Assembly (NCBI RefSeq): GCF_030684315.1
Contig: NC_081387.1
Coordinates: 6,118,497 to 6,182,496 of the forward strand
Reading direction: 5' to 3'
Source of the DNA: Stegostoma tigrinum
Taxonomy: Eukaryota
Length of the DNA stretch: 64,000 nucleotides
Below the pieces are notes generated by a model that was not told the DNA's origin, ran no database searches, and was given only the letters and a program-made list of their open reading frames with translations. This document shows, piece by piece, positions 26,594-37,000 of this stretch. Every line of letters starts with the position of its first letter. The first letter of the stretch is position 1. Both the position numbers and the translations under genes were made by a program.

Positions 26594-26836
26594 CAGTCGG
26601 AGCTGCAGATGCTGGAGAATCTGAGATAACAAGGTGTAGAGCTGGACGAACACAGCAGGCCAAGCAGCATCAGAGGAGCAGGAAGGCTGATGTTTTGACC
26701 CTAGACCCTTCTTCAGAATCCCCTTTCCCCGTTCCCCCCGCCATTTCTGAAGAAGGGTCTAAGCCCGAAACGTCAGCTTTCCTGCTCCTCTGATGCTGCT
26801 TGGCCTGCTGTGCTCATCCAGAACTACACCTTGTTA
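26594..26836. mobile_element. Palindromic PLE-terminus mini-element nested in another PLE-terminus element (~26565-26925)
   Basis: Inverted arms, each with CTGAAGA; TSD tcactggattccgga (26579) / tcactgggttcggga (26837). Confidence 0.8.
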
Positions 26837-27085
26837 TCACTGGGTTCGGGATGTTAACTCTGTTTTCTCTCCAGAGATTCTGCCAGACCTGCTGAGTTTC
26901 TCCAGCAATTTCCGCTTTTTGTTTGTTCCGCTCCAGGAGTTTCCGCCCCGAGGTCATATCCTGACCAAACGGCCGTTTATCAATCTTTAAAATCTGCCTG
27001 ATAGCAGTCGCTGAAAGGTGGGGCGGGGAGCCTATATTGGTTAAAAATAATCCTACAGAAGGCAACATCAAAGCACCTCAGTGTT

Positions 27086-27178
27086 TTACAAGCAAAAGCT
27101 AAACAAATTTGGAATCGACTAATTGGAGTTTAGAAGAATGAGAGGTGATCTCATTGAAACATATATGATTCTTATGGA
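27086..27178 (+). repeat. Exact 93-bp copy of 25685-25777 (decayed CR1 sequence)
   Basis: Identical from ttacaagcaaaagc to gattcttatgga. Confidence 0.95.
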
Positions 27179-27259
27179 CAAAAGGAACCGTTCAAAACGA
27201 GAAAATGTGGCTTGATACTTTATTTTGTAAAAGTTCCCCTGAAGAGACTTGAAGCGTTT

Positions 27260-27690
27260 ATCTGAAGAAGGGTCCGAAACGTCTGCCTTCCTGATGCTGC
27301 TTGGCCTGCCGTGTTCACCCGGCTCTAAACCTCGCTATCTCTGATTCTCCAACATCGGCAGTTCCTACTACCTCTGAGGCATTTATCACTGCCTTCAGGG
27401 GGCAATAGAGATGTGACAGATAGTAAGAGCTGTAGAGGCTGGAGTCAGGGATAACATTGCGTGGGGCTGGAGAAACACAGCAGGTGAGGCAACATTAGAA
27501 CAGCATGAAAGTTGATCTTTTCGGGTCGGGCTCCTTCTTAAGAGAAAAAAAACTACGTCCAGAGATAATGGGAACTGCAGATGCTGGAGATTCCAAGATA
27601 ATAAAATGTGAGGCTGGATGAACACAGCAGGCCAAGCAGCATCTCAGGAGCACAAAAGCTGACGTTTCGGGCCTACACCCTTCATCAGGG
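27260..27690. mobile_element. Three adjacent PLE-terminus (hammerhead) fragments just upstream of the MHC promoter
   Basis: + fragment ~27260-27375 (CTGAAGA..GAAACGTC); - fragments ~27415-27540 and ~27561-27690. Confidence 0.8.
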
Positions 27691-27743
27691 TCCATCTGTT
27701 TTTGTTTCGCAGTCTGAGTTATAACGTCTCTGAGATACTTCGT

Positions 27744-27785
27744 CCTGGTAACTGGTGATGAGGAGCTGTTTATTTCTGTAATTGG
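27744..27785 (+). promoter_or_regulatory. MHC X-box / Y-box module of class I gene 1
   Basis: CCTGGTAACTGGTG (RFX X1-like), a 23-nt spacer, then ATTGG (inverted CCAAT), ~200 nt upstream of the ATG. A paralogous module lies at 46061-46101. Confidence 0.7.
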
Positions 27786-27982
27786 ATACTTTTCTGCGTC
27801 TAACTGGTGCTTTTGTTTTGCAATCCGGAAATGGGTGAAATTGAACATAAAACATAAAACGCTGCGTCGAGCGACTTGTTTTTTGTTATTTTCCAGTTTA
27901 TAGAAAGCGATTTTTTTTTGTTCCCGGTCAGGATATTTAAGTTCCCCGTGTCTGATCAGAATTGGGAAAGTGGATTCCCAGA

Positions 27983-28034
27983 ATGTTGCTGATCCTTTTT
28001 TCCATTTCCCTGTGTTTTTCCTGGGTCTCTCCCG
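27983..28034 (+). CDS. MHC class I exon 1 (signal peptide MLLILFSISLCFSWVSP)
   Basis: Hydrophobic leader followed by a G|GTGAGT donor; paralogous to 45806-45857. Confidence 0.9.
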
Positions 28035-31000
28035 GTGAGTGCAGAATTCAGCATTCCGTTCTCACTTTCTCTCTGGGGTGAATGTGAATCTCTTGGTGCC
28101 AGTTTGAAATGAGGGATGCTATCCAGCCAGCCTTATATTTTACACACTGAAGACACTGATGGGATTTTCTTTTAACTGTTGTGTCATTGCACATTTATCC
28201 GACTGCTCGGCCAGCAATTAATCCTCGATTGCCTTGGGGCAGGTAGGCCGACAGTGCTGTGAGGGAGGGAGTTCAGGATTTTGACCCAACAGCAGTGAAG
28301 GAACGACAATATATTTCCATGTGAGGATGGTGAGTGGCAATTGGAGGAACAAAAAGTTGCTGGAAAAGCTCAGCAGGCCCAGCAGCATCTGTGAAGGAGA
28401 AAACAGAGTTGAAGTTTCGCGTCCGGTGACCCTTCCTCAGAACAGCACAGATGCTGCCGGACCTGCTGAGCTTTTCCAGCAACTTTGTTTTTGTTCTGGA
28501 TTTCCAGCATTCGCAGTTCTTTTGGTTTTTAATTAGCTGTTGGAGGATCATGCCTGTGGCGGTGGTCCCATGTATCTGCTGCCCTTGCCCTTCCAAGTGG
28601 CAGAGGCCACAGGCTTGAAAGGTGCTTTCCGAGGGATCCTTGATGAATTTATGCAGCGCATCTTATAAATGGTACACACTGCTGGTGGTAGACTGAGTGA
28701 ATGTTGAACGTTGTGGATGTGATACGAATCAAGTAGGCTGCTTTGTCCTGACTGGTGTCAATCTTCTCCATCGTTGCAGCTGCACTCACCCAAGCAAGTG
28801 GTATGATTTCAGTCATGCTCCTGATGTGTTGCTTGTAGATTGTGGACAGGCTTTGGGGAGTCAAAAGGGAACCTATTTATTGTGGTATTCCTAGCCTCTG
28901 ACCTTGTCTTGAAACCACTATATTAATGTGGCCAGTTGAGTTCAGTTTCTGTTCTTTGGTAAAATAAGAACATTATAACCAGGAGCAGGACTAGGCCAGC
29001 TGGCCCTTTGAGCTTGCTCTGCCCTTCCTTAAGATAATAGTTGAGCATTTTGTAGCCTCCATTCCACTTATTGATTTCTCACCATCACCCCTAATTCCAT
29101 TAGAGTTCAAAAGATTATATATCTTAGCTTTAAAAACATTCGCTGAAGAAGCCTCAATTGCTTCACTGGGCAGAGAATTCCACAGATTCACAACCCTTTA
29201 GGTGAAGAAGTTCCTCCTCCATTCAGTCCTACATCTGCTCCTGCCAATTTTGAGGCTGTGTCTGCCCTCCTGTTCTAGTTTCACCCGCCATTGGAAACAA
29301 CCTCCCTGCTTCTGTCTCGTTTATTCCTTTCATAATTTTATGTGTTTCTATAAGATACCCTCTCATTCTTCTAAATTCCAATTAATATAATCCCAGTCTA
29401 CTCAGTCTCTCTTTATAAACCAACCCTCTCAACTCTGCAATCAACCCAGTGAATCTCCTCTGCACTCCGCCCAGTGCCAATGCATCCTTCCTCAAGTAAG
29501 GAGTCCAAAATTGAACACAGTACTCCAGGTATCGCCTCACCAGCACCTTGTACAGCTGCAACATAACCTCTCTGCTTTTAAACTCAATCTGTTTGGCAAT
29601 GAAGAACAAAATTCCACTTGACTTCTTAATTACCTGTTATACTGCAAACCAAATTTCTGTGATTCATGCACAAGGGCACCCAGGATGTTGATTGTTGAAA
29701 GGAATTGGCGATGATTGCTTTCCTAATCAGTGATATCCACATCCCACGAAACAAAGTTAATTTTTGGATGATTTTAATTTTTATATTAATTTTAATGGGG
29801 GGGGGGCACAAAACAGAGTCATCATCCCTCATTGAAGTCTTCTAAACATTCTGGGCAGGAGGAAAGTAATCCATTTTTAATCCAGCCCAGGCTGTCATGG
29901 TGGAATAGGTCAGCTTATCTCATCCACGTCCTCCTACCTTGTATAAAGGGATGATTTTGAAGCTCAGAGGTGTAACCCTGCTCCAGATCGTCTATCTCCC
30001 TGTTTATACTGTTAGCCAGGATTCTGACAGTGCGATAAAGTGGCCGATTATTGAAGATTGTCAATGTGTGGATAGGCCTCACTTTGATCAGATGGTGGTG
30101 TGTGTTAATAGTTATTAACCTGAGCCTTTCACTGATTATTTTACAGACACTAATGTGCTCACTATGGTATACACGGCAGTCTCTGGCATTGAAAAATTTC
30201 CTGCTTTCAGCGGTGTTGCAATGATCAATGGAGTTGAAGTTGATTATTATGACAGCAATATCCGTCAGATGATGCCCAGACAACAATTCATGGCAGATTC
30301 ATTCAGTGAGGACTTCTGGAAAATGCTCACAGATATCGGGAATTCACGAACAGACACGGCAATAGAGAATCTGAATTTAATCATGAAGAACATGAACCAG
30401 ACTTCTGGTAAGATGAGAGATGCAGTGTCTCTCACTGACTGCCCTGTTTACTGAGTGCCAGAAAGGTACCCCGTCATATTTTGACAGCAGACTGTGACCC
30501 TGGACTGTATGGTGTGTTACACACTCTCTGAGTCACGGTCACTGGGAGCATTACTCTGTAGCTTCTCTCTATTCTGATCAAGATATCGATTTAGTTGTGT
30601 CATAGAACGTAAAACAGCACAGCACAGAAATAGGCCCTTTGGCCCACCGTCTCTGCACCAGCCACGGTACTGTTTTAAAACTAACCGTAACTGCCTGCAG
30701 GTGGTCTGTATCCCTTATTCCCTGCCTGTTCATCTGTCTGTCTAAATGCCTCTGAAACATTGCTATTACATCTGGTTCAGCCACCTCCTCCGGCAACATG
30801 CTTCAGTGACCTACCACACATTGTATTAAAAAAAAACTTCTGTCACACATCTTGGTTAAATTTTCCCTCTCACCTTAAACTTGAGGCCCCAAGTATTTGA
30901 CATTTCCACATTGGGGAAAAAGACTCCAACTATTCACCCTATAAATGTCTCTCAACAACGAACACCTTCCTGAAAACAGACCAGGATTGTCAACCTCTCC

Positions 31001-34000
31001 TTACAGCTTTTGAATAGGTGTAGAGATCTACAGCATGGAAAAATGGCCTTTCAGCCCATCTGCTCTCATCCAGGCAGCATCCTGGTAAACCTGTTTTGAA
31101 CCTCTCCAAAATCTCCACATCCTTCCTGGAGTGCGGGAGCAGAACTACCTTAAAGTCTTTCAAGACCCAGCACCTCCTCCTCCTTAATATCAACATGCCC
31201 GAGAATATCAACATTCCCCTTTCTAATCTTACCATCATCCATGTCCTTCTCATTGGAGAATACTGATACAAAGTATTCATTAAGGATCTCACCCACTTTA
31301 TCAGGCTCCATGCATAAATTCCCTCCTTAGTCCATGAGTGGATCTACTTTTCCCCTGGCTAATATATATATAAAATGCCTTGGAATTGTGCTTAATCCTG
31401 CTTTCCAAGGTATTTTCATGGCCCCATTCAGCCCTCCTAATCCCTTGTTTAAATACTTTCCTGCTTCCTTTATTCTGATTTCAGTTTCTTAAATCTTACA
31501 TATGCTTTCTTTCTCTTTTCGGCTAAACTTTCAATATCTCTTATCATCCAAGGTTCTCAAATCTTGCCATCTTTCCTTGTCTTTTATCCTCACAGGACCA
31601 GGCTGTTCCTGAATTCTGATTAACTGACTATAAAAAGTCTTCCCACACATGTCTGGTGTGAGTTTTACCTTCGAACCGTCACTCACAATCTAATGTCTCC
31701 AATGCCTGCTAAATACTGTTATAATTCATTTTCTCCCAGTCTAGCACCTTCACCTGAGGACTAGCCTTATCTTTATCCATAACTATGTTAAAACTTAGAG
31801 GTACGATCACTAGAAGTGAAGATCAGGAGATTTGTATCTCTGTCGACATTATTACATGACCGCGTATAAGGTACCATTTGTTGTCCATCCCTGACTATTC
31901 CAATGGGATGGTTTCCTGGACCATTAGTAATGTGGATCAGGAATCATATTTTGGCTACTCTGGGTAAGGATGAGCATTTCCTTCCCTAAAAGATAGGTTT
32001 TTACAATTCATGACAGTTGCTATGGTCACCCTTTCAAGAGTCGCTTCAGATTTAGTAATGGCGTTTAAATTTCACCAGTTGCTGTCTTTATGTTGAACCT
32101 ATGTCCCCTGAACACTATCCCAAGCCTCAGGATTACAAGTCCAGTGCAATCACCACATTACCACCAGCTACCCTGGGGTCAGATTTATCATTGTGTGAGT
32201 AAGAATCCATAAAATGGTTGTGATCCTTTGTAAATGAGCATCTTGTTGGGGAATTCTGTCATCTCACTGGGTCTCAGTATCTATTCATATATAAAGGGGA
32301 GAGATCAATCTTCTCCAGTTACAGAGCGGACAATATGAAAGGAGAGTAAATATGTCCACGGTAAGGAAGTGGAGATAATTAAGAAAAGATCATGGGGCTG
32401 AAGCTTCCCATTTTCAAGCTAAATACAGATTTCAGGGAGTTTCCTGATGAATTTCCCATCATGGGCTTGCAACTTATGTCACACAATTCTACGCTCTGCT
32501 ATTCATGAATAAACAGTTTGATATAGTTTGGGCAATACCAGAGGTAATTACCACTGCAGAGGAGCCTTGAGTTGCTCAGAAGTTAGAGTCATATTTAACA
32601 CCCAGTCCCACACCACTTCAAATGCTATAAGCCTGAGACTGTCCTCTCACGCTGCTGCTCCAGTGAGAAGGTGGCCCAGCAAGGTGAAGCTTCATCGACA
32701 GAGACCTGGAGGTGCTGGAGGACCAGGTAATGGAGAGGAGGACAGTGTTGTATCCTGCTGACTGGCAAAGGAGGGCATACCACCAGACCAAGGTGAATGT
32801 CTGGAATTCCCTACCCCAAAGATTTTTGGAGGCTAGCTCACTGAAAGAATTTAGCAATCGTATAAAGGCACAGCACTGCTAGAAGAAGTTAATGATGTTC
32901 TTCATCTGCAAGTGTAAATGCCACCACCTTCTCTCTGCTTCCTCACACTCACTCTCACTCTTCCACTGCACAGTAACCTTACAACTCTCACCATTATTCA
33001 GAGCATCACAACTCAATGCCCCTGACCCACTTCTTCCTCCCAAATGACTAACCCTGCCTTCCCTCTGTGTTTCTTACTCACTCACTGAGGACCACCTTTC
33101 CTGCCCTTGCATTATCATGAACTGCTCCTCCATCCACTGTCATCTGACTCTATCCTTCCCATTGCCTCAAACTGAAGCAACATATCACAGATGCTGAAGA
33201 TCTCTAATAAAAACAGAAAGTGCTGGAGAAACTCTACACATCTGGCAACATCGGCGGAGAGAGAAACACAGAGTTAACATTTCAAGTTCCGTGTGTCTCT
33301 TCTCTATAAATCAGTTCTGAGCGCTGAGTTCCAACGAAGAGTCATATCAGATTGGAAATATTAAGTTTGGTTTCCCCCACTTTGTCACATTACAAGAGAA
33401 TTTCTCAAATCTTCAGGCTGGGAGGACCAAGACGGGAGGAACTGATCACCAATGTTTGATTCCTTAGTCCCAAGGAGACGAAGACCCTTGAACTAACTGG
33501 AGAGGAGTGTGACCATTCATATGGAAACACTAAAAGCTGCAAGTCTCTGTGTCCCAGTGAGCAATATTGAGCTGGGACTGCATGGTTCGCCCATTACCAC
33601 CACTGCCAACATCTTAATATGTATAAACCTATTGAACAACAAATGCCCTCTCCTCTTTTGCAGGCAGCACCCACACAGCTGCCACCCCAAAGAGGCAAAC
33701 CCCCACAGTGCATCTGCTGCAGCCCCACTGCTGGGGAGGGCATCACTACACCCCCAGAGGGCACATCGGCAATCTTACACCTGAACCCACTGCCCACAGT
33801 TGAGTGACATTCTCCGCAGTGGGATCTCTTTCTAAATTTAACACAGCCGCACATTCTGATGAGCACATCACTGCAGTTGGTTGTGGAAGGAATAGCCCAG
33901 GTCGCTGGCATTTGGAGGATGGCCAGAGACTGGGCGCCTGCTCAGCCCCAGGCAGAAGATAATCTCATTGTGTTAGCCATTCATAATTTCACCAAACTGC

Positions 34001-37000
34001 GCACCCAGAGGAGCAGCAGGTGGGTTTGTTAAGTGACATTGCGTTGAAGGTTAGAAGAGTCCATCATGATAATTTTCCCCAGCTGGCTCTGCATGCCGTG
34101 TGTCTGATTGTTTCCATGGAGAGTTTAGCAGCTGCTGTTGGAGACTGCGGGCCAGCGGAACCCTCAGTGCCAGCCGATAATATACACAGATGTGGACTCC
34201 ATCACTGTGGCCAATGGTGCTCTGTATCAGTGACAAGACCAGAAGGGGAACAGGGAGTTTGACCTCACTTCATAAAGACATGAGGATAAGGAGCAGCAGT
34301 AGGCCATTTATCCCCTTCAGACTGACCCATCACTTAGAAGATTAGAGCTGATTGGTCCCAGGTCTCAACTCCTCATCACCCTCAACTCTCCACTATTTCA
34401 AAAGCCTATCTCCCTCCTATTTTTAAATGCTTTCAGTGATCTAGCCTCCATAAATCTCTGGGATAGGGAATTCCAGACATTCCCCATCCTCTGGGAGAAG
34501 AAATTCCTTTCCATCTCAGTTATAAATGAGCATCCTTATTTTCATTAACTGTATCCCTCCATTCAAGAATCCCCCATCAGTACAAATATCTTCTGAACAT
34601 CTACCCAGTCTCAAAATCTTAAATGTTTCATTCTACTAAACTCTAACGAATACAGGTCAAACCTGTTTAGCCATTCTTGATTGCCATTGGATATTATTCT
34701 TGACTCTAAGCTTGCTCATATCTTTCTATAACCTGAATTTTTCTGCTCTGTCTTTGTACAAGAGCAAAAAAGAACACTAGCACCTCCCATTGCTGTACCC
34801 TTTCTGGAAATTTGTGATGATTCCATGTGGGAATTATTCGGAATAGCACGGTGTCTCAGTCCTGTGATGCCCGAACAATTGCACCAAACAACAATGAGGC
34901 TTTAACACAGGGAGCTGCAGTACAGTGGACATGTGGTCCTCCAAGAAGAAGGCTGTGCAATGCCTCAGCATGCACCTCTGACATCTTACATGGTGATGCA
35001 TGCAACACAAGTTGTGTCACTCATGAACATTGGGATATTATAACCATGATATGAACACATCCTCCATGCTGCAACACAGCTCTCATTCCCTTTGTCACCA
35101 CGAAGTATAGCATGCAATGTCAGTGCACATGTTGTCACGTACTTACACATCACTTTAGGCCTTATGCTGTGCTAAGAACTTTATAATGTGTTTGACAATT
35201 GATGACTACAGGCAACACTGTTACATTTGCTGATGATTCTGCTTCCCAGCAATGACAAAAATGAAACTATCCTGTTCAATAGAATGGACATGATTGCATA
35301 TAGAGTCATAGAGTTGTACAGTTATACAGCATGGAAACAGACCCTTCAGCCCAACTCATCCATGCCAATCAGGTCTCCTGCTTGAGGCTATTTTTTGTAA
35401 CATATGTTGTACTAGGGTTTAGCAGTCGATATGAAGTAATTTGACAGTAACTCATTGACCCTTCAGTACCTGATTAATGCAGTTGCCTCCTGAAGTAGCC
35501 ACAAGTGCATCCTGCCCCCACAGACCAAACAGAGCAAACACACTGCACCCACTGTAGGAGAGCTGGCACACATTTCTCCTTTTTTTTTGTGCAGTGGAGA
35601 TTTGGTACAAGATGGAATGCAAACCGGGCTGTGCTCCTTACAATGAAATCCAAGCACTGTCTGAAAATCAAACTGCCACATCCCCAACTAATTATCTCCT
35701 GTTCTCTGTAGCTGTTCCTGTTAAGCACATCAGCTTCAATTGTCCGTACCTTTCCATTTTCATTTTATGGTCGATCTCTCCCATTTCCCTGATAGCTCCT
35801 GGCTGACCAACTTACCTTGCCTCTTTTGCAACATACAGTTCCACATTGAAGCCAAGGGTGGCACAGTGGCTCAATGGTTAGCACTGAGGCCTCACAGTGC
35901 CAGGGGCCTGGGATTTATTCCACCCTCGGGTGACTGTCTGTGTGGAGTTTGCACATTCTCCCCACGTCTGCGTGAGTTTCCTCTGGTTTCTCCTGTTTCC
36001 TCCCACAGCCCAAAGATGTGCAGGTTAAGTGTATTAGCCATATAAATTGCTCCATTTTATCCAGGGATGAGTAGACCAGGTGGATTACCAATGGTAAATG
36101 TGGGGTTATGGGATACAGTACTGGGTGGAATGCTCTTTGGAGGGTCACTGTGGACTTGATGGGCCAAATGGCCTCCTTCCACATTGTGAGCATTCTGTGA
36201 TTGTGGTGAGTTGCAAGAAATCCCCACCATCTCTTGCTCCCTTTATTTCTATCTAATTCTAGATCCCCTTTCCTCTCTGTGTGTGACTATCTATTAATTA
36301 TTGCTGATTGATGCCTGTTTGGTCACTGACAGGAATTCACACGCTCCAATGGATACGTTCTGTTGAGGTCAGTGATGACGGCTCCATGAAAAGATCGATG
36401 AGATTTGGATTTGACGGAAAAGATTTCATTAGTTTAGAGCCAGACAGAATGAGATGGGTTGCAACCAATCACTTTGCAGTGAAGCTGAAGGAGAAATGGG
36501 ATTCTGATGAATCCTGGAACAACTACTGGGAAAGATATTTGTTAGGTGTATATATCCAACGTTTGAAGCAATATCTTGAAGCTGGAAAGGAATATTTCAA
36601 AAGGAAAGGTATGTATTTCAATTTTGATCCTATGCCTTGATTCACTGATCGATGAAACCATCTCACATTTGGGGTCTGTTCATTTTCATCTTTTTCCATC
36701 ACAGTTCAGCCTGAAGTGTTCATCTTCAGGAGTGAGCCCAATCGCCAAGACAAGCCGCTCACTCTCTCCTGCCTGGTCACTGGATTTTATCCTGCAGACA
36801 TCGAGGTGACCTGGCTGAGGAATGGAGAGGTCCTGTCTGAGACACAATCCTCGGGGATTCGACCGAACCATGACGGGACTCATCAGATCCGGAAGGAGAT
36901 TGAAATCAGTGCTGGGGATGAAGATCAATATTCCTGTCAAATTGAACACAGCAGCCTGGCAGAGGCCAAACTCTATCAGTGGCGTAAGAATCTAGATAAA

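Noticed and set aside
35855-35930. tRNA gene
   Set aside because: tRNA-like head of a V-SINE with a degenerate B box and no cloverleaf.
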